From Bacilli bacterium (lineage in GTDB: Bacteria > Bacillota_I > Bacilli_A > RFN20 > DUOF01): DNA of 64,000 bases. The notes under the pieces were generated by a model. That model searched no databases. It saw nothing but the letters and a program-made list of their open reading frames with translations, and was not told where the DNA came from. Location: contig JBGVCT010000008.1 of NCBI GenBank assembly GCA_045118975.1, positions 2,300 through 66,299 of the forward strand. Direction: 5' to 3'. Below are positions 43,224-52,198 of this stretch, piece after piece (positions within the stretch are counted from its first letter, which is position 1; each line of letters begins with the position of its first letter). Both the position numbers and the translations under genes were made by a program.

Positions 43224-43252
43224 ATTGCAACATTATTATAAAAAGTGTAGAA
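43224..43252 (+). promoter_or_regulatory. sigma-A-type promoter candidate for the U32 gene pair
   Basis: TTGCAA (43224-43229), 17 nt, TAGAAT (43247-43252), about 85 nt upstream of the ATG at 43339. Confidence 0.45.
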
Positions 43253-43338
43253 TTAATCGCATATTTAAAGAAATTGAGGATGAATAGATATTATATGTTT
43301 TCAAAAACATAAAACTTAAAAAAGAGAGGACGAAGAAG

Positions 43339-44229
43339 ATGGAGTTAGTATTGAATATCAATCAATATGGTTACAGTGTATTTTTAGATGCAAACGTTAG
43401 TGCTTTCACACTAGGACTTAAAGATTTTTGTGCTGGTTATGAGATGTCTTATGAAATAGAGGAAATCTCTAGAATAGAAAAATACATTCATGAAAAAGGC
43501 AAAAAACTATACATAGCCATAAATAAGTTAATGAACGAAAATACCGCATTAGAATTAGAAAAACAAATGCCATTTATTAAAGAATTAGATGTAGATGGTT
43601 TTGTAATTAGCGATTTTGGAGTTTTGCAAATTTTTATAGAAAATGAGATGAAAGAAAAGGTTATCTTTAACCCTATTACCACAATAACAAACAAGTATAG
43701 TGCAAAATCAATTAATGACCTTGGAATTGATCACGTTTGTATAGCAAATGAATTAAACATTAAAGATATCCTAGAAATTTCTGATTATACAAGTGGAAAT
43801 ATCGAAATATTAGCACAAGGATACTATCAAATTGGCGCATCTAAAAGACCACTTTTGACTTACTTTTTAGACCAATATAAAAAACGTGGAGCAAAAGAAA
43901 CATCTCACTATTTCATCCAAGAAGAAAATAGAGACTATGCTTATCCAATCGCAGAAATAGATAACGAATTATTCATCTATATAGATAAGCAAAGATGTGT
44001 CTTGCCTTATCTAAAGGAGTTATTAAAGCATAAGGTTAATTATTTTAGAATTGATACAATATTTTTAGAAATTGATCAAATAAATTCAATTATTCAAGCA
44101 TATAGTAGTGCTCTAGAGGATATAGAAAACATTGAATCCTCTCTAGATTTACTAAGCAAAAATACAAATTCTAATTACAAATGCCTAGACAATATAAGCA
44201 TAGTTAAAAAGGAGAAAGAAAATGAATAA
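43339..44229 (+). CDS. peptidase U32-family protein, small subunit type (YrrN/TrhP1-like)
   Basis: TIM-barrel-like U32 N-terminal pattern. It lacks the Cys cluster of its partner. It overlaps the next gene by 8 nt, as in the Bacillus yrrN-yrrO pair. Confidence 0.6.
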   Translation: MELVLNINQYGYSVFLDANVSAFTLGLKDFCAGYEMSYEIEEISRIEKYIHEKGKKLYIAINKLMNENTALELEKQMPFIKELDVDGFVISDFGVLQIFIENEMKEKVIFNPITTITNKYSAKSINDLGIDHVCIANELNIKDILEISDYTSGNIEILAQGYYQIGASKRPLLTYFLDQYKKRGAKETSHYFIQEENRDYAYPIAEIDNELFIYIDKQRCVLPYLKELLKHKVNYFRIDTIFLEIDQINSIIQAYSSALEDIENIESSLDLLSKNTNSNYKCLDNISIVKKEKENE

Positions 44230-45421
44230 GATAGAATTACTTGCTCCTGCTGGAGATTTAAATAGATTAAAAGTCGCATTTGCCTATGGTGCTGATGCTG
44301 TATTCTTTGGAGGGAAAAAATATTCTTTAAGAAGCAGAGCTAGTAACTTTAGTATTGAAGATATTAAAGAAGCTTGTAAAATAGCCAAAGAATATAATGG
44401 TAAAACATATGTCACTTGTAACATCTTTGCACTAAATGAAGATTTACTTGATTTAAAAGATTTACAAGACTATCTAAAAGAGTTAGAAAACGCTGGAGTA
44501 GATGCGATCATTACAAGTGATTTTGCAATTATTGATACATGTAAAAAAGTGTGCAAAAAGATGGGGATTCACATTTCCACACAACTATCTTCATATAATA
44601 GCAAGTCATTAAAATTCTTCGAAAACGCCGGTGCTTCTAGAGTGGTATTAGCAAGAGAAACAACACTAGAGGAAATGCGTCAAATCGCTCAAAACTCTAA
44701 TATTGAAATTGAAGCCTTCATACATGGGGCAATGTGTATGTCTATGTCAGGTAAATGTACACTATCTAATCACATGACAAATAGAGACGCAAATCGCGGA
44801 GGTTGTGCTCAATCTTGTAGATGGTTTTATTCTCTAACTAATGAAAATGGAGAAGCAATGTCAGATAAATTATTCACATTATCTAGTAAAGATTTAAGAA
44901 TCATAAAGCAAATCAAAACACTGATTGATATTGGTGTTTCAAGCCTTAAAATTGAAGGTAGAATGAAAAGCGAATACTATATCGCTACCATTATATCTAC
45001 ATATAGAAAAATAATTGATGATATATATGCTAAGAAGTTAAAGGGAGAAAGAAAATACATTAAAGAATTAAATAAGGCAGCATCAAGACCAGCATCAATC
45101 GGTTTCTATAATGGGGTAGTTACTCCTAAAGAGCAAATATATGACAAAAGTGCAGAAATACCACTTCAAAACTTTGTTGCCCGTGTAGTTAGCTATGATA
45201 AAGAAAATAAAATTGTGACTATCGAGCAAAGAAATAATTTCACTATTAAAAAGCCAATAGAAATATTTGGCCCTAATGGCAAATTAATTAAATATAAAAT
45301 CAAAGCATTATATAATAAAAATGAAGAACAAGTAGAAGTTGCAAATCACGCTCAAGAAATATTACATTTCTATATAGAGCACGAACTAACAAATATGGAT
45401 ATGATACGACAAAAGAAGTAG
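44222..45421 (+). CDS. peptidase U32-family Fe-S protein (YrrO/TrhP2-like; family includes tRNA/rRNA hydroxylases TrhP and RlhA, and UbiU/UbiV)
   Basis: ELLAPAG, FIHGAMCMSMSGKCTLSNHMTNRDANRGGCAQSCRW (C-x6-C-x15-C-x3-C) and LKIEGRMKS. Confidence 0.7.
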   Translation: MNKIELLAPAGDLNRLKVAFAYGADAVFFGGKKYSLRSRASNFSIEDIKEACKIAKEYNGKTYVTCNIFALNEDLLDLKDLQDYLKELENAGVDAIITSDFAIIDTCKKVCKKMGIHISTQLSSYNSKSLKFFENAGASRVVLARETTLEEMRQIAQNSNIEIEAFIHGAMCMSMSGKCTLSNHMTNRDANRGGCAQSCRWFYSLTNENGEAMSDKLFTLSSKDLRIIKQIKTLIDIGVSSLKIEGRMKSEYYIATIISTYRKIIDDIYAKKLKGERKYIKELNKAASRPASIGFYNGVVTPKEQIYDKSAEIPLQNFVARVVSYDKENKIVTIEQRNNFTIKKPIEIFGPNGKLIKYKIKALYNKNEEQVEVANHAQEILHFYIEHELTNMDMIRQKK

Positions 45422-45442
45422 AAATACTTCTTTTTTTATAAA

Positions 45443-45465
45443 TAAAAAAAGGGCTTTTGCCCTTA
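45443..45465 (-). terminator. intrinsic terminator after rplT
   Basis: Stem AAGGGC/GCCCTT (about 45450-45464), followed on the minus strand by a T7 run. Confidence 0.75.
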
Positions 45466-45477
45466 ATTTATTTTTAA

Positions 45478-45834
45478 TTACTTAGCTGTTGCTTTTTTAG
45501 CAGTTTCAACTAAACTCTTGAATGTTGCTTCATCATGAATTGCAATTTCAGATAACATTTTTCTGTTGATGTCGATGTTAGCAACTTTTAAACCATGGAT
45601 TAATTTGCTATAGCTGATACCATTGTTGTTAGCAGCAGCATTAATTCTTGTGATCCATAATTTTCTGAAATCTCTTTTCTTATTCTTTCTATCTCTGTAA
45701 GCATATCTTAATGAATGCATTACTTGCTCATGAGCTGTTTTGTAAAGAATATGTTTACTTCCATAATATCCTTTAGCTAATTTTAATATTTTCTTACGTC
45801 TATTTTTTGCAACGTTTCCGCCTTTAACTCTCAT
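45478..45834 (-). CDS. rplT: 50S ribosomal protein L20
   Basis: [27 protein letters not shown]...[23 protein letters not shown] is the canonical L20 sequence. Confidence 0.97.
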   Translation of the reverse strand: MRVKGGNVAKNRRKKILKLAKGYYGSKHILYKTAHEQVMHSLRYAYRDRKNKKRDFRKLWITRINAAANNNGISYSKLIHGLKVANIDINRKMLSEIAIHDEATFKSLVETAKKATAK

Positions 45835-45855
45835 CTTTCTTTACCTCCTTAATTA

Positions 45856-46053
45856 TTAACCTTGAATTAATTGTGAAATTCTCTTTTGGTCAGTAGAATT
45901 TACATATGCAGCCTTAGCTAATTGTCTTCTTTGTTTTACAGATCTACCCCAAGCCTTGTGGTTCTTTCCACATTGCTTTCTCTTTAGGTGACCATTTGCA
46001 GTCATTTTAAATCTCTTAGTAACAGCTTTCTTTGTTTTCATTTTGTTTTTCAT
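45856..46053 (-). CDS. rpmI: 50S ribosomal protein L35
   Basis: MKNKMKTKKAVTKRFKMTANGHLKRKQ... The real start is after AAAGGAGG; the track ORF is over-extended to 46164. Confidence 0.9.
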   Translation of the reverse strand: MKNKMKTKKAVTKRFKMTANGHLKRKQCGKNHKAWGRSVKQRRQLAKAAYVNSTDQKRISQLIQG

Positions 46054-46073
46054 TAACTTTTCCTCCTTTAAAA

Positions 46074-46628
46074 CTATTTCTTTTGCGATTTTGGTGTAAT
46101 GAAGCCCATAATCAATTTTCCATCTAATGTTGGTGCCTTTTCTATTGAAGAAATATCTCCACACATATTGATAAATGAATTAACCATATCAATTCCCTTA
46201 TCAGCAAATGCAAGTTGTCTTCCTTTTAAACGTAAAGAAATCTTAACTTTATCTCCTGATTCAAGAAACTTTCTAGCAGCTTTAAGCTTTGTTTCAAAGT
46301 CATGTTGACCAATGTTAACAGATAATTGTACTTCTTTAACATCCATAACTTTCATGTTTTTCTTAGCTTCTTTAGCTTTCTTTTGTTGTTCGAAACGATA
46401 CTTACCATAGTTTACAATTTTGCAAACTGCAGGTTTAGCACCAGGAGCAACACATAGTAAATCCAATCCTCTACCTTTTGCAATAGCAAGCGCCTCTACT
46501 CTTGATTTAATTCCTAATGATTCACCATTTTCATCAATAAGTAATACTTCTGGAAAACGGATAAACTCATTAACTAAATCTCCATCTTTGTTTGTAGCAA
46601 ATCTATCATTGTGTTCAGCCAAATAAAT
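46074..46628 (-). CDS. infC: translation initiation factor IF-3, with a non-AUG start
   Basis: LVNEFIRFPEVLLIDENGESLGI...DLLCVAPGAKPAVCKIVNYGKYRFEQQKK. There is no in-frame ATG near the conserved N-terminus. GGAGGTG is followed by in-frame ATT (46626-46628) and TTG (46620-46622), so the exact start is ambiguous. Confidence 0.9.
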   Translation of the reverse strand: MYLAEHNDRFATNKDGDLVNEFIRFPEVLLIDENGESLGIKSRVEALAIAKGRGLDLLCVAPGAKPAVCKIVNYGKYRFEQQKKAKEAKKNMKVMDVKEVQLSVNIGQHDFETKLKAARKFLESGDKVKISLRLKGRQLAFADKGIDMVNSFINMCGDISSIEKAPTLDGKLIMGFITPKSQKK

Positions 46629-46773
46629 ACACCTCCATATGTAATAAAAAAACGGGCCTCGCACCCGTTCAAAATACATTCTAAAAATACGTTTAGTAAT
46701 GTGACCTTTTACCCAAATCTATTTAGAAATCAGGTGAGAAGCGGGTGCCTCTACTTTTCACAACTTTTTGTTG
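46629..46773 (-). promoter_or_regulatory. infC-rpmI-rplT leader with a terminator/antiterminator (L20-leader-like attenuator)
   Basis: The minus-strand leader contains GAACGGGTGCGAGGCCCGTTTTTTTT (stem AACGGG/CCCGTT + T8; plus-strand 46645-46669) just before the infC SD. An upstream GGCACCCGC can pair with the 5' terminator arm CGGGTGC. Confidence 0.55.
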
Positions 46774-46780
46774 CGGTAAT

Positions 46781-46809
46781 ATATTACCATCACTTTAGCC
46801 ACTTGTCAA
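46781..46809 (-). promoter_or_regulatory. sigma-A-type promoter of the infC operon
   Basis: The minus strand reads TTGACA (46804-46809), 17 nt, TAATAT (46781-46786). Confidence 0.65.
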
Positions 46810-48003
46810 CTAGATATAGCTAAGTTTCTTCTTCTTTAAATGATTTTTATATACAATGAAACCTAATATAGAAAATGTTGTAGCAAGTACAAGTGCACTA
46901 ACAAGTAATGCAACAAGTGTGCTATTATCTTTTACAACAATTTCAACCTTTACTTTTACTACTACGCTACTTGTATTTCCTAGTCTATCAGTAGCACTAT
47001 ATGTAATAAGTTGATACTTGCTATTAGTATAATCTATTCTAACAATATCTAAATCATTACTAATTTCACAAGGATCCTCACCAAATGTTGAATCCTTACA
47101 TGTTCCAGTTTGAGCACTGTATTTGCTACCAGCAGGAACAAATACCCATTGTCCACCTTTCAAACTAATCTTAGGACCAACTGTATCTAAAATAATAGTT
47201 TTGGCAATTAATGTACTATTTGAATCAGTGAAATTATCACCTGCAATAATGTTTCCTAATTTTACCAAATAGAAACGAAGTGTTTTTTCTCCATCACCAT
47301 ATGATTCAACATAGTAATTGATAGGTTCGTCTGTTATTGTATATTTTACACATCTATTATTCTTTTCTTGATAATATTCACAAACAAATACTTCTCCAGT
47401 ATAAGTTGCATATTCATCAGGGAAAAGGTCAATATTCACTCTATTATTTCTAGCAGCAGTATATTGAATATTATCAAAACTATAAGTAGGTTTTCCATCA
47501 TCATCTGCATTAATAACTATTCTTTGATTAAGGGTAGATAACTTATACACTCCATATGCATATACATTAGTACCAGTTGATAATGAACCAGAACCATCTA
47601 AACATTGAATTAATAAATATATGTTTCCATCACTTGCTGTTTGGAATACATAATTTATTGTAACATCAGCACCAGCAGTACCTGGAGGTATAGCAGTTAT
47701 AACTTCATCTCCTACAACTTTCATAAAAGTGTTGGTGTGATCAACTGTGTCATTTTTTGCTCTTTCATATTTTTGACAACTATCTATCTCTTCATCACTA
47801 CAAACAGCTAATTCAGTAATCTTTATTGATCTTGCATATCCATCATATCTTGAAACAGTAATATCTACAATTCTATTGTCATATTGATCAGCAATTTTAA
47901 CTTCAAATGCCATTGGATTTTCTATGGCCTTTGCGACATCTGAAACAGTGCATAAGAAAAAGAAACTAAATATAGAAATTAATATAAAAAAATACTTTTT
48001 CAT
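46810..48003 (-). CDS. secreted, C-terminally membrane-anchored surface protein with an Ig-like (DUF5011/HYR-like) module
   Basis: Signal peptide MKKYFFILISIFSFFFLCTVSDVAKA. C-terminal TM + basic tail LVALLVSALVLATTFSILGFIVYKNHLKKKK. The module TVGPKISLKGG...YQLITYSATDRLGNTSSVVVKVKV resembles bacterial Ig-like DUF5011 domains. Confidence 0.5.
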   Translation of the reverse strand: MKKYFFILISIFSFFFLCTVSDVAKAIENPMAFEVKIADQYDNRIVDITVSRYDGYARSIKITELAVCSDEEIDSCQKYERAKNDTVDHTNTFMKVVGDEVITAIPPGTAGADVTINYVFQTASDGNIYLLIQCLDGSGSLSTGTNVYAYGVYKLSTLNQRIVINADDDGKPTYSFDNIQYTAARNNRVNIDLFPDEYATYTGEVFVCEYYQEKNNRCVKYTITDEPINYYVESYGDGEKTLRFYLVKLGNIIAGDNFTDSNSTLIAKTIILDTVGPKISLKGGQWVFVPAGSKYSAQTGTCKDSTFGEDPCEISNDLDIVRIDYTNSKYQLITYSATDRLGNTSSVVVKVKVEIVVKDNSTLVALLVSALVLATTFSILGFIVYKNHLKKKKLSYI

Positions 48004-48057
48004 TGTTTCAACCCCTTACTCAAATTTTACTTTATCTAAACTTATAATTTCAAGCAT

Positions 48058-48843
48058 TCACCCATTATCTTTAAACATTAAGTGACTAACACCGATTAAA
48101 GTGTTTTCTTTATGATTATTTATAGCGTGACATTTAATGTTTTTCCCAATTTTTAGGTAATCTTTAAAATCATCGTAATATGCACCTAAATATCCAGAAA
48201 AAGCAATGTCATTTACCTTTAATACTTTTGTTAATCTACTAATTTCTTCACTAACTAATTTACACCAATTATATATAACCTCTTTTGATGATTCATTATT
48301 ACTAAAAAAATAAGCACAAACAAACTCATCATCTAAACCTCGCTTAACACATTCTTTTCTAATATAAGACCTAACTAGTTTATCGCTATTTATAGACTTT
48401 TTAATGTTGATATCATCTTCTAAAGCTACAATTTCATTATCTATTATGAAGCTATTTGAAACCTTGCTATCAAAAATAAGATATAGTAATGATCTTGACT
48501 CTTCTTTGTAAGAGAGAGTAAGACCAGCAAGACTTGCATCATCTAATACATAAACATCTTTTTTAAATAGTTTATTTAAGGCTGTTACAACATTATATCT
48601 ACCAGCCCCTTGTAAATCATAGATAACCTCGCCATTAAACTCTATATTATTAGCAATACCAATACCTATATACGAAACTTTATAGTCTTTGAATTCCTTG
48701 CTATATGCAGCAAAGATACTACTAGCAACATCTGTATGCTTATTGTATTCACATACTCTTTTTTTTACTATATTGTGCTTCTCAGACACAATTGCCAAAT
48801 CAAAATTTGACTTATTCAATAACACAGATAGACAATACTTCAT
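48058..48843 (-). CDS. ROK/ASKHA-like protein with a degenerate ATP-binding motif (not a confident kinase)
   Basis: IGIGIANNIEFNGEVIYDLQG...VYVLDDASLAGLTLSY aligns by eye to the ROK core GIGxPGxVD...V.VENDANAAALAE. The N-terminal DxGGT is replaced by LLNKSN and there is no CxCGxxGC zinc motif. The ATG overlaps the pyk stop region. Confidence 0.3.
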   Translation of the reverse strand: MKYCLSVLLNKSNFDLAIVSEKHNIVKKRVCEYNKHTDVASSIFAAYSKEFKDYKVSYIGIGIANNIEFNGEVIYDLQGAGRYNVVTALNKLFKKDVYVLDDASLAGLTLSYKEESRSLLYLIFDSKVSNSFIIDNEIVALEDDINIKKSINSDKLVRSYIRKECVKRGLDDEFVCAYFFSNNESSKEVIYNWCKLVSEEISRLTKVLKVNDIAFSGYLGAYYDDFKDYLKIGKNIKCHAINNHKENTLIGVSHLMFKDNG

Positions 48844-48844
48844 A

Positions 48845-50254
48845 TTATTTAACTTGCATAATCTTCATTGTGTCAGCTTTATTTGTTTCTTCGTTAACAC
48901 CAACAAGGATTATAGTCTCTCCTTTTTTCACTCCATATTGTTTAGCTATTTTATTTGCATACTCTTCTTTATTGCTAACCTTTCTATTCAAATAGATTGG
49001 ATTTATTCCATAATAAAGTCCATTTAAAATGCTTACATTTTCTTTTTTATTTACAAACGCCACAATTGGCGCCTTTATTTTAAACTTAGAAAGTTTTCTA
49101 ACTGCACTAAATTCATTTGAAAACATTATAATTAGTTTAGCATCTAACATTAGTGCGCTTTTAGAAACGCTTATGCCAATAGCATCACCTTGAGACTTAT
49201 TACTAGCCTCATAGAAATCATTAGCGAACTTTTCATAATCCAATATTTCTTCTGCTTTTCTTGCTATCTCATTTTGCGTTTTAACAGACTCTTTTGGATA
49301 CTTACCCATAGCACTCTCTCCTGATAGCATAACTGCATCCGCCCCATCAAGTATAGCATTAAAGACATCGCTTACCTCTGCTCTAGTTGGTCGAGGATTT
49401 GATTGCATAGATTCTAACATATGGGTAGCAACAATAACCGGTTTTCCTGCCAAATTACACTTATGAATAAGTTGTTTTTGAATATTAGGAACTTCAGTTA
49501 AATCAACCTCAACCCCTAAATCTCCTCTTGCAACCATAACAGCATTACTAACCTCTAAAATATCATCAATATTTTCTACACCTTCAGGTGATTCAATTTT
49601 AGCAACAACCTTTATATCATCTCTACCATACTTTGCTAACAACTTTCTTATTTCAAGAACATCTTCTTTTCTTCTAACAAAACTAGCAGCAACAAAGTTA
49701 ACATCTTCTTTACATAATAATTCAATATCATTCTTATCTTTTTCAGACATATACTCATTCATTAGTTTTATATATGGAGCATTCAATCCTTTTCTATTCT
49801 TTAAATAGTGATTATTTAACACCTCACATACAAGAGTATCGTTTTCTTCTTTAGATAATAATTTAAATCCAAGTAAACCATCATCAAAAGTAAATACATC
49901 ATTGATACTCAAATCATCATATAGCCCCTTATATGAAACAGAAAATCTTTCCTTATTTCCCACTACATCCTCTTTAACAATTCTAATGATATCTCCCTTT
50001 TTTAGATCAATACCATCATTTTCAAAAGTCCCACATCTTATTTTAGGCCCTTTTAAATCCATCATAATTCCAAGCAAATATCCATCACTTCTAAGCTTAT
50101 TTATAACATCAATCTTTGCTTTATGCTCTTCCCATTTGCCATGAGACATATTAATTCTAGCTAAATCTAATCCTGCATCTATTAGCTCTTTTATAGTTTC
50201 ATAATTATCACTACTAGGTCCAAGTGTTGCTACTATTTTAGTTTTTATATCCAT
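48845..50254 (-). CDS. pyk: pyruvate kinase
   Basis: KTKIVATLGPSS, RINMSHG, DLKGPKIR, MVARGDLGVE and ATHMLESM motifs. Start moved to MDIKTKIV. Confidence 0.95.
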   Translation of the reverse strand: MDIKTKIVATLGPSSDNYETIKELIDAGLDLARINMSHGKWEEHKAKIDVINKLRSDGYLLGIMMDLKGPKIRCGTFENDGIDLKKGDIIRIVKEDVVGNKERFSVSYKGLYDDLSINDVFTFDDGLLGFKLLSKEENDTLVCEVLNNHYLKNRKGLNAPYIKLMNEYMSEKDKNDIELLCKEDVNFVAASFVRRKEDVLEIRKLLAKYGRDDIKVVAKIESPEGVENIDDILEVSNAVMVARGDLGVEVDLTEVPNIQKQLIHKCNLAGKPVIVATHMLESMQSNPRPTRAEVSDVFNAILDGADAVMLSGESAMGKYPKESVKTQNEIARKAEEILDYEKFANDFYEASNKSQGDAIGISVSKSALMLDAKLIIMFSNEFSAVRKLSKFKIKAPIVAFVNKKENVSILNGLYYGINPIYLNRKVSNKEEYANKIAKQYGVKKGETIILVGVNEETNKADTMKIMQVK

Positions 50255-50267
50255 CTTGTTCACCACA

Positions 50268-51224
50268 CTATCCTATAATTTCATTTATCTTATATAAATC
50301 CATATAATTAATTTCTCTAGGCTTTACAACTTCTCCAAGCGGTTTAGTATAAACATGATTATCTAAAAAATACACCATCTTACCTGACTCTTTATTAGTT
50401 AAAAGTTCAATTGCCTTATACCCTAAAATACTACCAGTAACTCTATCCATAGCACTAGGAACTCCACCTCTTTGAAGGTGCCCTAATATTGTGGCTCTAC
50501 TTTCAAATCCAGTAGCTTTTTCTACATTTTTAGCAAATTCATGTACATCTAAAATATTTTCACTAACAACAATGATTACATGTTTTCTACCCTCATGTTT
50601 CATTCTTTTAACATCTTCTACAATTTTATCAAAGTCAAATCCTGTATTTGCATCAATCAAAATATCTGCTCCACAAGCTAATGATGCATATAAAGCAAGA
50701 TCCCCACAATGTCTACCCATAACCTCAACAATACTACATCTTGTATGACTTGATGAAGTAACTCTAATTTTATCAATGCAATCAACAATAGTATTAAGGG
50801 CACTATCAAATCCAATAGTATATCCAGAACAATTAATATCATTATCAATAGTTCCACATATTCCAATAACATTAAGTCCCATATTCTCTAAATCAATGGC
50901 ACCTCTAAAAGAACCATCTCCACCAATAACAACTAAATCATTGATCCCTAATGATTTCAAATTAGATACGGCTTTTTCTCTTACTTCGAATTCTGTGAAT
51001 TCAGGTAGTCTAGCAGTACCAATAATTGTTCCACCCCTATTTAATATTTCTGAAACAAATCTTCTATGTACTTGTAAAATTTTCCCCTCAACAAGTCCTT
51101 TATAACCATCATAAACAACAAATGGTTCAATACCATTATTTAAACACCCTCTAACAACTGCTCTTAAGCAGGCATTCATTCCAGGAGCGTCTCCTCCACT
51201 TGTAATAATTGCTAATCTTTTCAT
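50268..51224 (-). CDS. pfkA: ATP-dependent 6-phosphofructokinase
   Basis: MKRLAIITSGGDAPGMNA, IGGDGS, GTIDNDI, MGRHCGDLAL and LGHLQRGG. Start moved to MKRLAI (GAAGGTG SD). Confidence 0.95.
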   Translation of the reverse strand: MKRLAIITSGGDAPGMNACLRAVVRGCLNNGIEPFVVYDGYKGLVEGKILQVHRRFVSEILNRGGTIIGTARLPEFTEFEVREKAVSNLKSLGINDLVVIGGDGSFRGAIDLENMGLNVIGICGTIDNDINCSGYTIGFDSALNTIVDCIDKIRVTSSSHTRCSIVEVMGRHCGDLALYASLACGADILIDANTGFDFDKIVEDVKRMKHEGRKHVIIVVSENILDVHEFAKNVEKATGFESRATILGHLQRGGVPSAMDRVTGSILGYKAIELLTNKESGKMVYFLDNHVYTKPLGEVVKPREINYMDLYKINEIIG

Positions 51225-51307
51225 TATATTCACCTTCAAGTCAATCATATCATTTATAATTACATTCACTCAATAAAACAGATAAATAAAAAAGATAAGT
51301 AATATAA

Positions 51308-52198
51308 TTACTTACCTTCGATAACTATTTGTTTTGGACAAACGCTTAATATTCTTTCAACAAACTTGTTTGCTTTAATTCTACCAACATCACTAGCACC
51401 AGTTTTACTAACATTATACAAAGAAACTAATTCTTCGATTGTATAGCTACTTGTAATATAAGTTAATAATTGATTTTTAGATCTATAATCTAATATTCCA
51501 GAAAGAATATCATCTCTTACCCATTCACTAATTTTCTCATCACCTAAATTATCCAAAACCAAAACATCAGTTTCTTTAACCTTTGACATTAGAGCACTAT
51601 ATTGTTCCCTATTATCAAGAGTAGACTTTAAATCCTCAAAAAAGTTTCTCACCTCAACAAAGGCACAAGTCTTTCCACCCCTTACAAACTCATTACACAA
51701 AGCAATAAGAGGATATGATTTACCACTACTTCCAGGACCTGTTATAAATAAACCTATATTAGAACCATCAACATCTGTTTTCATAAGTTCTTTCTCATAT
51801 GGAAATCTACCTTTTTTATTATCTATATCATCTAATACAATTCCTAAGTATGCATCTGGAAAATCTCTTAGTAAATACTTTTTAGCAACAAGTCTTTCTA
51901 ACTCTCTTGGAGGGCACAAAGAAAAACTTCTTTCAATACCATATTCACTACGATATAAATCCATTGCAATACCCTCAAATTGCTTAGAACACTTCTTAGG
52001 ATTCTTACATTTACTACACATCATTTTATCTTCTAAGTATGTTTGAAAATATCCTAAGTAGGTATCAAACTCTTCATCGCTAACATTTAATTCTTTCATT
52101 TTTTTGATAATAAAAGGATTGTCTATTAACTCTTCTTTAACTCTTTTTTTGCTCTCCTTTATCTTATCTGTATTAATATTAATCTTCCTTATTTCCAT
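51308..52198 (-). CDS. dnaI: primosomal helicase loader DnaI
   Basis: N-terminal zinc-binding region (CSKCKNPKKC), an AAA+ core with Walker A GPGSSGKSY and Walker B VLVLDNLGDE. It sits directly downstream of B. subtilis-type dnaB. Confidence 0.8.
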   Translation of the reverse strand: MEIRKININTDKIKESKKRVKEELIDNPFIIKKMKELNVSDEEFDTYLGYFQTYLEDKMMCSKCKNPKKCSKQFEGIAMDLYRSEYGIERSFSLCPPRELERLVAKKYLLRDFPDAYLGIVLDDIDNKKGRFPYEKELMKTDVDGSNIGLFITGPGSSGKSYPLIALCNEFVRGGKTCAFVEVRNFFEDLKSTLDNREQYSALMSKVKETDVLVLDNLGDEKISEWVRDDILSGILDYRSKNQLLTYITSSYTIEELVSLYNVSKTGASDVGRIKANKFVERILSVCPKQIVIEGK

